Assembly (NCBI GenBank): GCA_030829545.1
Contig: JAURAI010000001.1
Coordinates: 70,234 to 134,233, forward strand
Source of the DNA: Poseidonia sp.
GTDB lineage: Archaea; Thermoplasmatota; Poseidoniia; Poseidoniales; Poseidoniaceae
Reading direction: 5' to 3'
DNA length: 64,000 nt
Shown: one piece after another, positions 29,962-39,647 of the stretch
Numbering within the stretch: the first letter of the stretch is position 1
How the letters are laid out: every line of letters begins with the position of its first letter
Notes under the pieces: generated by a model
Seen by the model: the letters and a program-made list of their open reading frames with translations, nothing else
What the model was told of the DNA's origin: nothing
Databases searched by the model: none
Made by a program: the position numbers and the translations under genes

Positions 29962-31016
29962 GCGTCAAAGTCCAGAACGACTTTGCCACAATTTCCAGAC
30001 AAAGCGAGTTCAATCGCCTGTTCGAATTGAGCAATTGGCATGCGGTGAGTCAGAACCTTGTCAACATCAATGAGACCCTGCTCAAGCAGGTCATGCATCT
30101 TGTCCCAAGTGGACCACATCTTCCTTCCGTTGATGCCCTTGATGTGCAAGTATCGGAACACGACTTCGTTCATAGGCACTGCTGGCATGGCTTGCCCGTA
30201 GACAGAGAGGACATTGACATAACCACCCATCCTTGTGGAATGGATGGTATTTGACAGGGCGGTTGGGGAGCCTGAGAATTCACAACTGTTGTCCACACCT
30301 CGCCCTTCTGTGGCTTCAAGGATGGCAGCAACAATGTCATCGTCTTTACCCAAAACAATGTCTGCACCGAGTTCTTTTGCCAACTCCATTCGGTAGGTAT
30401 TGTCCCAATCCACTGCGATAATGTGAGTCGCACCCATGGCTTTGGCTGCGTTGACCGCAAAGAGACCGATGGGGCCCAAGCCGTGGATAGCGACCGTTGA
30501 ACCTTGGACAGGCCCGCCAGTCAAGGTGTGGATTGCATTGCCCAGCGGGTCTTGAATTGAGGCATGGCCTGGGTCTAAGCCTTCTGGGACATGACGTGCA
30601 TTGGTGGCGGGGATGGCAAAGTAAGGGGCGAAGGCTCCATGGCCGTGTACGCCGAAAATAGAACCGTTTTCACAAATGTGAGCATTGCCTTCTTCGCAAC
30701 GCGGACACTCCCAACAAGCAAGGTGGCACTCGATGGCCACGTGGTCACCAACCGAATGCGTCGTAACACCCTCACCAAGCGCTACCACGCGGCCGCTGGT
30801 TTCGTGACCGGTAATGGTCCCGAGAGGCACGTTTTCGCGACTCCACTCATCCCATTTCCAAATGTGTAGATCCGTTCCACACACTGAGGTAGAGAGCGTT
30901 TGAATCAAGACTTCTCCCGCTGCGGGTGATGGTACTGAATGCTCGGCGAGGGAAAACCCACCTTGCTCATCACGGGTTTTTGTCCAAGCGGTCATGGTGG
31001 GTGGTAGTGACTCCAT
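29958..31016 (-). CDS. tdh: Zinc-dependent alcohol dehydrogenase family protein, probably L-threonine 3-dehydrogenase
   Basis: Catalytic zinc site CGTDLH...GHE and structural Zn cysteines CWECPRCEEGNAHIC. Rossmann motif GLGPIGL. Confidence 0.65.
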   Translation of the reverse strand: MESLPPTMTAWTKTRDEQGGFSLAEHSVPSPAAGEVLIQTLSTSVCGTDLHIWKWDEWSRENVPLGTITGHETSGRVVALGEGVTTHSVGDHVAIECHLACWECPRCEEGNAHICENGSIFGVHGHGAFAPYFAIPATNARHVPEGLDPGHASIQDPLGNAIHTLTGGPVQGSTVAIHGLGPIGLFAVNAAKAMGATHIIAVDWDNTYRMELAKELGADIVLGKDDDIVAAILEATEGRGVDNSCEFSGSPTALSNTIHSTRMGGYVNVLSVYGQAMPAVPMNEVVFRYLHIKGINGRKMWSTWDKMHDLLEQGLIDVDKVLTHRMPIAQFEQAIELALSGNCGKVVLDFDA

Positions 31017-31162
31017 GACTCGCCCTCAACCCCCTTATCTTCGGACACCTTTTCATCCTTCGCTCATTCAGTCTTGGCTAAAAATCACAAGATTACAGAA
31101 TACGGCTTTGTTCGGTATGTTGATTAGGGGGGCGCGACGGCCTCAAAGCCCGTTGATGGTAC

Positions 31163-32785
31163 ATGAAGTACGTCGTTGTGAGCGGAGGAGTTCTTTCTGG
31201 ATTAGGGAAGGGCGTTACTGCAAGCAGCATCGGAGTTCTTCTCAAAAGCGCTGGCCTGCGAGTCACATCAATCAAGATTGACCCCTACTTGAACAGCGAT
31301 GCTGGGACAATGTCGCCCTTTGAACACGGGGAAGTTTTCGTCCTCGATGACGGTGGCGAAGTAGACCTCGACCTCGGCAACTATGAGCGGTTCCTCGACA
31401 TCAATCTCTCAAAAGATAACAATCTCACGACGGGAAAAATCTACGCCAACGTGATTGAAGCTGAGCGCAGAGGAGATTACCTTGGCAAAACAGTTCAGGT
31501 GATTCCCCACGTTACCGACGCCATCCAAGATTGGATCGAGGATGTCGCTGCTCGCCCTGCTGACGGCAGTGACGGAACTCCCGATGCCTGCATCATCGAA
31601 CTTGGTGGAACGGTTGGCGACATTGAATCAGCACCCTATGTAGAGGCGCTCAGGCAATTCCAATTCCGCGTCGGTCGTGAAAATGTAACCTTCGTTCATG
31701 TTTCTCTCGTCCCCGTGATGGGGCCGGTTGGTGAGCAGAAAACCAAACCTACCCAGCATACCGTCAAGGAATTGCGCGGCCTCGGTATCACCCCAGATAT
31801 CCTTGTTTGCCGGTCCTCTGCCCCGCTCAATGACGAAACCCGCAACAAATTAGCAGCCTTTTGCCATGTCCAACCCAAAGCAGTCATGTCGACACACGAC
31901 GTCCCCAATATCTACCATGTTCCACTGATGCTTCAAGAGCAGGGCTTGTGCGACATTTTGGAAGTGGATTGTGCTGCCACCAGCCTTCTCGAAGAATGGA
32001 AAACGATGGCACATCACCTTGATACCTTAACGGAGGAAGTCCACATTGCTATGGTCGGAAAGTACACCGATCTTTCCGACGCCTACCTCTCAGTCATCAA
32101 AAGCCTGCAACATGCCGCCATGGCAGTTGACCGTAAACTCGTGATTGATTGGATTGAAGCCAGTCACCTCGAACCTCAATGGGACAAGGACGAGAGTGAC
32201 GCAGCATGGGCGGCACTGAAGAAGACGGACGGCATCTTGGTACCCGGTGGCTTTGGCGACCGAGGTATCGAAGGAAAAATCGCTGCTGCACATCACGCAC
32301 GAACCAACAACATCCCCTATCTCGGCATTTGCCTCGGCCTTCAGGTGGCGACCATAGAATTCTGTCGCAACGTCCTGGGTTTGGAGGGTGCAAATTCAAC
32401 AGAATTCGAAGACAACCCTGCTCACGCTGCCGTCGTATTCATGCCTGAAATTTCGAAGACCCATCTCGGTGGCACCATGCGCCTGGGTACCCGCCCAACG
32501 CTTTGGCAAGTTGATTCCTGTCAAATCCGAACGCTGTACGGGCCAGGTGACGCTGTGGATGAACGGCACCGTCATCGCTACGAGGTCAATCCGGACTTGA
32601 TTGAGCGCATCGAAGCTGCAGGACTCGTCTATGTCGGTAAGGATGATTCGGGGCAACGTTGTGAAATCTTTGAACTCGAGGGACATCCCTACTATGTCGG
32701 TGTGCAATTCCATCCTGAATTCAAGTCTCGACCCAACCGTCCAAGTCCGCCTTTCCTCGGACTGCTTCAGGCTGCAACCCGTTGA
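31163..32785 (+). CDS. pyrG: CTP synthase
   Basis: [18 protein letters not shown]-terminus and a GATase domain GICLGLQ. Confidence 0.95.
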   Translation: MKYVVVSGGVLSGLGKGVTASSIGVLLKSAGLRVTSIKIDPYLNSDAGTMSPFEHGEVFVLDDGGEVDLDLGNYERFLDINLSKDNNLTTGKIYANVIEAERRGDYLGKTVQVIPHVTDAIQDWIEDVAARPADGSDGTPDACIIELGGTVGDIESAPYVEALRQFQFRVGRENVTFVHVSLVPVMGPVGEQKTKPTQHTVKELRGLGITPDILVCRSSAPLNDETRNKLAAFCHVQPKAVMSTHDVPNIYHVPLMLQEQGLCDILEVDCAATSLLEEWKTMAHHLDTLTEEVHIAMVGKYTDLSDAYLSVIKSLQHAAMAVDRKLVIDWIEASHLEPQWDKDESDAAWAALKKTDGILVPGGFGDRGIEGKIAAAHHARTNNIPYLGICLGLQVATIEFCRNVLGLEGANSTEFEDNPAHAAVVFMPEISKTHLGGTMRLGTRPTLWQVDSCQIRTLYGPGDAVDERHRHRYEVNPDLIERIEAAGLVYVGKDDSGQRCEIFELEGHPYYVGVQFHPEFKSRPNRPSPPFLGLLQAATR

Positions 32786-32896
32786 CTTCCGAGTCAGACG
32801 GTACCGTTTGTTTGGAAGGCTGAGCCGTCGACACTCTCGAATCAAGGTCTGTCAAATCATTGCACCAATAACGGTAAAAAAGGAACATACCAACTT

Positions 32897-35056
32897 GTGT
32901 TTATGTGGACGGATGAACAACTGGCAGCGCAAGGGTGGACGAATGAGCAGATAGCAACCTATCGGGCTGAAGAGGCATCACAAGTGGTCAATGCCGTCAC
33001 TGATGGTGTGATTCCTGAAGCCATCAATGGTGAGGTGGCACTTCCCGAGACTGCATCGCCTGTGCTCCAAGAAACCTTTGAGGCTCGCATAAAGGGAGAT
33101 ATCCCGAACATCAATTCTACCTCAATTTCTGCAATCTTGTTAGTAGCCATGCTTGTGCTGGTACCATTTTCACTCTACTCGATTTCCAACGCAGAGGGTA
33201 CTCAAGGCCCACCGGGCGAAATTGGGACCGCTGGTACCAATGGGAGTGATGGTTCAAGTTTCCATCTTGTGCCATCTTTGGACGGCCTACCAGCTTGCGA
33301 TACATCTCTCAACAATCAAATCTTCTTCATAGCAGCCGACGCAGGGTTCCAAGTTTGCCAAAACAATGTTTGGACAGAGATCGACTTGACCGGGCAATCT
33401 GGACTCAATGGCACAGATGGCGCCAGTGGTCAAAATGGAACTGATGGACAAGATGGGGCCAACGGTCAAAATGGAGCTGATGGACAAGACGGGGCCGATG
33501 GCCAAAATGGGGCTGATGGACAGGACGGGGCCAACGGTCAAACATCACTCATGTCCACAAGCTTCGAAGCCCCCGGGGCGAATTGCCCCACGGGCGGTAC
33601 GAGAGTGGTGACTGGAATCGATGATAACGGCAACAATGCTTTATCCACTGATGAGATTGACGATACAATCTTCATTTGCAACGGTGAGAATGGCAACGAT
33701 GGAGCCAATGGTGCTGATGGTTTGGATGGTGCTGATGGCGTGGATGGTACGAACGGTAGTTCTACTACCACAATGATGGTTGCACGTCTTTCTGTTGCAC
33801 CAGCATACTTAGGATGCGGCGGTGTTGGGCAATTACTTCAACAAGGACTCGATGATGGTTCAGGTAATGGAATCGCACAGAATGGTATTCTTGAGTCAGG
33901 TGAAATAATTTCAAGTTCACTTATCTGCACCACATTCGTCGTCAATCAAGTTGAAGACCTCAACCCTGGTGCTACCGGCAGTAACCCCGCAGATTTCGTC
34001 ACCATCAACTCGACATTGTATTTCACGGCAAACAATGGCACTGCAAACGGTATTTGGTCAATGAACGCGAGCGGTAATATCTCGTTGGAGTACAGTGGTT
34101 CTGCACTGGGCCTGCGCGCTATTGGTTCCCAATTGATGTTTTCAGGACAAGGCCTTTCTCTTGACGTAGAACCATATGTTTACGATATATCGAACGGTAC
34201 TGCATGGCAAATCGCAGATATCTTCCCGGGGGCCTCTGGGAGTTTTGCGGGTGAATTCACGCTGATCGGCACAACCGTGTTTTTCTCTGCACGGGACAGT
34301 GCAGGCGTGTATGACCTTTGGGCGTATGATACCGTCAACTTCACGGTATGGAAACAGGTTGCAAACATTCAACCAACGGGATTGATTGCGGTTAATTCTG
34401 ATCTGTATTTCTCAGCGGGTCCAAACAATGGGAATGTCGAATTATGGAAGCATGAAACAGCCACAAACGCCACATTCATGGTGAAGGACATCAATCCTGG
34501 ATTGCTCTCTTCTTCGCCACAGCACCTCGCGCTGATGGGAACGACAATCTACATGTCTGCAAATGCGGGCACGACCTACGGAACTGAATTGTATGCATAC
34601 GAGACAACGAACAACTCGACATGGCTCGCAGCAGACATTCGACCCGGATTTGCAGGTAGTTCGCCATCAGAATTGGTCATCCTTGGAACGCGAATTTACC
34701 TCCAAGCAACATCGGGTTCATTTTTCGAAATGTGGGCTTATGAAACTACGAACAATTCATTCTGGGAGGTCACCAATATACAATCAACGTCCGGATTAGG
34801 TGGGCCAACCGAGTTAACCGTTCGCGGTTACACAGTATTCTTCGCAGCAGATGATGGAACAACTGGAGAAGAATTGTGGGCTCATCATTCAATCAATGAA
34901 ACGACTTGGCAAGTTATTGATTTGAATCCTGGGTCTGGTGGCCTCATTTACAAAGTCCATGCTCACGAAGGCAATGTTTACTTTTCAGGCGATGATGGGG
35001 TGGAGGGCATTGAATTATGGCGTCTAATTTTCTCACGAACCGTGAGTTTTGTTTGA
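32897..35056 (+). CDS. Membrane-anchored surface protein with collagen-like G-X-Y triple-helix repeats and C-terminal ELWxxDGT-type beta-propeller repeats
   Basis: An N-terminal TM helix, then (GxN/DG)n tracts GQNGTDGQDGANGQNGADGQDGADG and NGENGNDGANGADGLDGADGVDGTNG. These are followed by at least 7 repeats of the form ...LYFSA.DG..G.ELW..E..N.T.. seen directly in the translation. Confidence 0.55.
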   Translation: MFMWTDEQLAAQGWTNEQIATYRAEEASQVVNAVTDGVIPEAINGEVALPETASPVLQETFEARIKGDIPNINSTSISAILLVAMLVLVPFSLYSISNAEGTQGPPGEIGTAGTNGSDGSSFHLVPSLDGLPACDTSLNNQIFFIAADAGFQVCQNNVWTEIDLTGQSGLNGTDGASGQNGTDGQDGANGQNGADGQDGADGQNGADGQDGANGQTSLMSTSFEAPGANCPTGGTRVVTGIDDNGNNALSTDEIDDTIFICNGENGNDGANGADGLDGADGVDGTNGSSTTTMMVARLSVAPAYLGCGGVGQLLQQGLDDGSGNGIAQNGILESGEIISSSLICTTFVVNQVEDLNPGATGSNPADFVTINSTLYFTANNGTANGIWSMNASGNISLEYSGSALGLRAIGSQLMFSGQGLSLDVEPYVYDISNGTAWQIADIFPGASGSFAGEFTLIGTTVFFSARDSAGVYDLWAYDTVNFTVWKQVANIQPTGLIAVNSDLYFSAGPNNGNVELWKHETATNATFMVKDINPGLLSSSPQHLALMGTTIYMSANAGTTYGTELYAYETTNNSTWLAADIRPGFAGSSPSELVILGTRIYLQATSGSFFEMWAYETTNNSFWEVTNIQSTSGLGGPTELTVRGYTVFFAADDGTTGEELWAHHSINETTWQVIDLNPGSGGLIYKVHAHEGNVYFSGDDGVEGIELWRLIFSRTVSFV
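33395..33545 (+). repeat. Tandem 18-bp direct repeats (ggacaagatggggccaac / ggtcaaaatggagctgat units) encoding the collagen-like tract
   Basis: Seen in the sequence: about 8 near-identical 9/18-nt units in frame. Confidence 0.6.
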
Positions 35057-35112
35057 ATCCCATCATGCAGCATATGCATCCCGGATACGTTATTATTCAC
35101 TGCGCATAATGC

Positions 35113-35814
35113 TCAGGAAAGTTGTTCGAGGATTCCCGGAAGGATTTCACCGGCTTTCCCCAAGTGGATTTCTGTAAAGGCGTCAGCATTGCTGGGCGCT
35201 TCGAGATTCACCAAGACGGTCTTGGCCCCTGCTGCGTTGGCGACATTTACCAAATTGGCAGCGGGGTAAACATGGCCGGAACTTCCGACGACCAGAAAGG
35301 TATCACACCCTTCAACCGCCTCATAAATGTCCTCGATGTGCATCGGCATCTCTCCAAACCAAACGATATCGGGGCGAAGCCGTTGAGCAACTGCGCAACA
35401 CGTGCAGGTGAGGAATTCATCCCTGAGGTCATGCTCTTCCATCCTCTCTTCCCGTTGCCCGCTAACTTCGCAACGGAGCGTTTTGAGGCTTCCATGCATG
35501 TGAATCGTTGACATATTGCCAGCACGCTCGTGCAAATCGTCCACATTTTGTGTGATGAGGGTGAAGTTGGCATGACGATCTGCCAAATCAGCCAGTGCAT
35601 GGTGGGCTGGATTTGGTTCAACTTCCTTCATTTGCCGTCGTCGGGACTGATAAAAGCGCCATACAAACATTGGATCTGCTTGCCAAGCTTGTGGAGTCGC
35701 TACGTCTTCAATGCGATGTTCTTCCCAAAGTCCGTCACCGTCACGGAAGGTCCGAATCCCAGATTCTGCCGAAATACCTGCCCCAGTCAACACAACAATT
35801 CGTTTTTCACTCAT
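35113..35814 (-). CDS. cobB: NAD-dependent protein deacylase, sirtuin (Sir2/CobB)
   Basis: GAGISAESGIRTFRDGDGLW, a zinc ribbon CEVSG...CTCC and a Rossmann-like fold. Confidence 0.85.
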   Translation of the reverse strand: MSEKRIVVLTGAGISAESGIRTFRDGDGLWEEHRIEDVATPQAWQADPMFVWRFYQSRRRQMKEVEPNPAHHALADLADRHANFTLITQNVDDLHERAGNMSTIHMHGSLKTLRCEVSGQREERMEEHDLRDEFLTCTCCAVAQRLRPDIVWFGEMPMHIEDIYEAVEGCDTFLVVGSSGHVYPAANLVNVANAAGAKTVLVNLEAPSNADAFTEIHLGKAGEILPGILEQLS

Positions 35815-35914
35815 GAAGACGCTCCCCCTTCGACCTTATATCAACATCTAGTGTGATCCATTTCAGTCTCCGCAGCTTCACAATTGCGCCCTTCACAAAC
35901 TCAACGAATGCACA

Positions 35915-37165
35915 TTAGACCTCAGCCACGCGAATCAAACGAGTGGTTCGAAAGCCCTGCAATATTTTGATGAAGCGTTTGGCTTGAAACTCATCATCAA
36001 GGGATTCATCGCCCGTGTCAATGCGAACGGCCTCCAATCCAATGAGTTTGGAAGGAGTGGCAACACCCAACAAATTGGTCTGGCCAACGAGACGCAATAC
36101 GCTCGGCGAGAGTTGGAGGTTGCCTCGACCGATGAGAAACCCTTGGCCTCCCATCGGTGAGAGCAGCAAAAGAAGTGGGCGCTGCTGTCCGTCGTTGTCA
36201 ACATGACCCCCAATAATTCGGATTAATTCTGTCTCGTTGAGGTCCGTGTGAAGTGATTCACCGTGTTGAATATCAATTCCCAGCAGGGTCAAGGATTGGT
36301 TCAAATGTTCACCCATTCGCCTCAAGGTGCCTCCGCTGCCCCAAACCACCATCAAGTCGTCCTCGTCTTGAAGCAATGAACCAATGTGGTTTGCAAGCCC
36401 TTCGATGCTATCGTCTTCACTCACCCGCTCAACTTGCTCTTTGGCGCCCTGCATAAATCGAGGCGAGGAGGGAGTCCATGCTTCTCCGTACATGCGGACC
36501 TTCCAAACACCTTCCTGATAGACAACTTCATCCAAATCCATGACCTCGGTGATGGCCGTTCGTAGATCCCCTAAAGCAAAGGAGAGCACCACTTCCGCAG
36601 CAGCTTTTGGTGTGGTAGCAAAACAACCAGAATGCATTTTGACACCACCGGGCACACCGATGAGAGGGGTTGCTTGTGCGGCTTCTCCACGATGTTCGAG
36701 AGCCTTGACGATGTCCCTAGTGGTGCCGTCACCGCCAGCATAGAGAAGAGCGTCAACCTTGGCGTCCAAAAGAGCGTTGACAAGGTTGGATGTGTCCTCT
36801 GCGCTGGTTGAATCAGGGGTATGGCCCACCCATTCGGTGCCGACTGTTTGAGCACTCTGAATTTCGGGAACCCACGTAGAGCCCATCCGACCCTGCCATG
36901 CCACGAAGGTCAGGGAAGTTTGATTGCGATTGAGAGAGGAGGCTGTGAGGGTTTGGAGATGGGTTAAGCATTGCAGCATTCGAGGTCCTGCTCTGTCTTC
37001 CGCTCCTGCAGCACGGGCTTCGGCCGCTCGGCCATCACTGCCCTTGAAGCCTAATTTTCCACCTAAGCCAGCATCGGGGTTCACTACGATTCCGATGCGC
37101 ATAACCCACGCAGAAAGCCTTCCCTCAAATATCCCTGCTTCGCTTAAGAAGCACTTTTGGACCAC
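35915..37165 (-). CDS. ATP-NAD kinase / diacylglycerol-kinase-like superfamily protein (possible NAD kinase)
   Basis: The GGDGT motif (LLYAGGDGTTRDIV) is preceded by IGIVVNPDAG. The protein is longer than a canonical NadK, so assignment to the superfamily only. Confidence 0.4.
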   Translation of the reverse strand: MVQKCFLSEAGIFEGRLSAWVMRIGIVVNPDAGLGGKLGFKGSDGRAAEARAAGAEDRAGPRMLQCLTHLQTLTASSLNRNQTSLTFVAWQGRMGSTWVPEIQSAQTVGTEWVGHTPDSTSAEDTSNLVNALLDAKVDALLYAGGDGTTRDIVKALEHRGEAAQATPLIGVPGGVKMHSGCFATTPKAAAEVVLSFALGDLRTAITEVMDLDEVVYQEGVWKVRMYGEAWTPSSPRFMQGAKEQVERVSEDDSIEGLANHIGSLLQDEDDLMVVWGSGGTLRRMGEHLNQSLTLLGIDIQHGESLHTDLNETELIRIIGGHVDNDGQQRPLLLLLSPMGGQGFLIGRGNLQLSPSVLRLVGQTNLLGVATPSKLIGLEAVRIDTGDESLDDEFQAKRFIKILQGFRTTRLIRVAEV

Positions 37166-37179
37166 ATTTCACCCGAGGT

Positions 37180-37542
37180 TTGAAGATGTGCTTCTGTCAA
37201 GGCAGAATCATGAAACGTGCACCAACCGACGAGCCAAACCTCGATGATATCCTCGCTCGAGATTTTGCTGAGTTGAAAGTGGGAGAGGAGCAAATCGCAG
37301 CTGAAACGCCCGAAGAGGAAGGTCCAGAATTGACGCAGGGGGACACCGAGGCAGAGGTCAAACCCATCGTATACAATCAAAAAATCAATGCACACGAAGA
37401 CCGTGATTCCTTTTCAGTCGCTGCACCATCGAGTATCTCCTCTGCAAAAAACCAAGAAGATGATGCAACATCGACCCCTCCCCCACCCGTTCTCAAGGCG
37501 CCCACATCACAATTGGGTGACGACTTCGACGTCGAATGGTGA
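37180..37542 (+). CDS. Hypothetical highly acidic, low-complexity protein (probably intrinsically disordered)
   Basis: Composition E/D/P/T-rich, ending DDFDVEW. No recognisable family. Confidence 0.35.
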   Translation: MKMCFCQGRIMKRAPTDEPNLDDILARDFAELKVGEEQIAAETPEEEGPELTQGDTEAEVKPIVYNQKINAHEDRDSFSVAAPSSISSAKNQEDDATSTPPPPVLKAPTSQLGDDFDVEW

Positions 37543-37616
37543 GAACCAGCAGGAAGCCTTGCCACAAGGCGCGGGATTCATAGCGAGGTGGCAACCCCGT
37601 AGGGGTTGTCGGAGGC

Positions 37617-39647
37617 ATGAAGCACATGACCATGATTCAGGTTACACTACCGGACGGTACGGTCAACGAATACGCTTCAGGAATCACCTGTGCAGAAGTC
37701 ATTACTGATGCACTTGGAAAGAAACACGGATGCCTCGCTGCGAAAGTGGATGGTATGGAATACGACATGTCGCATGAATTGGACATGAATTGCTCGGTTG
37801 AGGGCATCAAATCTGATTCTGAAGATGGCATCCACATCCTTCGCCATTCCGCTGCCCACCTCCTCGCTCAAGCGGTCATGGAATTGTATCCTGGAGCCCT
37901 GCCGACCATTGGCCCTGCTATCGACCGTGGGTTCTACTATGATTTTGCAATGGAGCCCATCACAGAGGGAGACCTCAAGAAAATCGAAAAGAAAATGCAG
38001 GAATTGGCCCGCAGAAACTTCACGGTTGAACGAGTTGAACTGGATCAAGATTCGTTGAGGGAGCACTTTGAACACAACCCCTACAAACTTGAAATCATTG
38101 ATGATAAGTTGGAAGCAGGCGACGGTTCAACCATTTACAAGCAAGGCGAATGGTACGACCTCTGCCTTGGACCACACGTTCCCAATACCTCTCGGTTGAT
38201 GTTTGTCAAACTCACTTCCGTTTCCTCTGCTTACTGGCGAGGCGACCAAGACCGAGAGCAACTCGTTCGCATCTACGGTTTGGTCGAACCAAGCAAAGAT
38301 GCACTCAAGCAAACGCTGCACAGGATGGAGGAGGCAAAGAAACGCGACCACCGCAAACTCGGCAAGGACCTCCAACTCTTCCACATTGACGAGGAGGTTG
38401 GCCAAGGCCTCATCATGTGGACGCCAAGAGGGGCGATTATCCGTCAAGAATTGCAGGATTTCATTTCACACCACCTCCGTCGCCAAGGCTACCAGCAGGT
38501 GTTTACCCCGCACATTGGGAAATTGGATTTGTACCGCACCTCCGGTCATTTCCCCTACTACCAGGACTCGCAATACCCCCCTCTCGTTGAACGCGACTTG
38601 ATGAAGAAACTCGCTGATGAAGGTTGCACCTGCGGTGAATTGTCGAATCTGATGAAGACAGGCGACATCGACGGCTACATGCTCAAACCGATGAACTGCC
38701 CTCATCACGTCAAAATCTACGCCAGTCAAGCTCGTTCCTACCGCAATCTGCCACTGCGTTTGGCTGAATTCGGCACCGTCTACCGATGGGAACAATCGGG
38801 TGAGATCTCTGGCATGACCCGAGTTCGTGGCTTTACTCAGGACGATGCCCACCTTTTCGTAACTGAAGACCAAATCTCTCAGGAAGTGCTTGGCTGCATT
38901 GAGTTGGTTCAAATCATCTTTGACAAACTCGGAATGACAGATTACCGTGTTCGTGTGGGCCTGCGTGACCCAGATTCAACCAAGTATGTGGGCGACCCTT
39001 CTGCTTGGGAAAAAGCCGAAGATGCGTGCCGGAATGCAGCGGCTTCTCTGGGAGTTGACTGGTCTGAAGAAGAGGGTGAAGCAGCCTTCTATGGTCCGAA
39101 AATCGACTTTGTTGTCAAGGACGTCATTGGCAGAGAATGGCAACTCGGGACGGTGCAGGTAGACTACAATCTGCCCGAACGTTTCGATTTGACATACAAG
39201 GGAAGCGATGGAGAACTTCACCGTCCAGTCATGATTCATCGCGCCCCATTTGGCTCCATGGAACGGTTCTGTGGCGTTCTTATCGAGCATTTTGCCGGCC
39301 GATTCCCCACTTGGCTCACGCCCACGCAATGTCATATCATCACCATTTCCGAGAAGCACAAGGCCTACGCTGCGGAAGTTGAAGAAGCCCTCAAAGAACG
39401 TGGAATCCGTGTTGAAATGGATGATGGAGACGACACGGTGGGGAAGAAAATCCGCACCCATCGCAAACTTCAGCCGGCCTACATGGTGATTCTTGGCGAT
39501 GGTGAGATGGAAGGAAGAACCGTCAGCCTACGAGCCCGTAATGGTGACCAAGTTGCAGATCTCGGCCTTGAACAATTCATCGAAGACCTTCAATCGGAAA
39601 TCAATGAAAAGGTGAGTCAGCCATCGCTTGTACCGCCTTCATCGTGA
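37617..39647 (+). CDS. thrS: Threonyl-tRNA synthetase
   Basis: N-terminal TGS domain (MIQVTLPDGT), class II motifs and anticodon-binding domain. 676 aa. Confidence 0.95.
   Translation: MKHMTMIQVTLPDGTVNEYASGITCAEVITDALGKKHGCLAAKVDGMEYDMSHELDMNCSVEGIKSDSEDGIHILRHSAAHLLAQAVMELYPGALPTIGPAIDRGFYYDFAMEPITEGDLKKIEKKMQELARRNFTVERVELDQDSLREHFEHNPYKLEIIDDKLEAGDGSTIYKQGEWYDLCLGPHVPNTSRLMFVKLTSVSSAYWRGDQDREQLVRIYGLVEPSKDALKQTLHRMEEAKKRDHRKLGKDLQLFHIDEEVGQGLIMWTPRGAIIRQELQDFISHHLRRQGYQQVFTPHIGKLDLYRTSGHFPYYQDSQYPPLVERDLMKKLADEGCTCGELSNLMKTGDIDGYMLKPMNCPHHVKIYASQARSYRNLPLRLAEFGTVYRWEQSGEISGMTRVRGFTQDDAHLFVTEDQISQEVLGCIELVQIIFDKLGMTDYRVRVGLRDPDSTKYVGDPSAWEKAEDACRNAAASLGVDWSEEEGEAAFYGPKIDFVVKDVIGREWQLGTVQVDYNLPERFDLTYKGSDGELHRPVMIHRAPFGSMERFCGVLIEHFAGRFPTWLTPTQCHIITISEKHKAYAAEVEEALKERGIRVEMDDGDDTVGKKIRTHRKLQPAYMVILGDGEMEGRTVSLRARNGDQVADLGLEQFIEDLQSEINEKVSQPSLVPPSS

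Noticed and set aside
37180-37542. Shared C-terminal Trp (..DVEW / ..TSDW) in two acidic hypothetical proteins (also 20487..20930) as a possible C-terminal targeting motif
   Set aside because: Only two instances with no further shared pattern, so this is not enough to call a motif.
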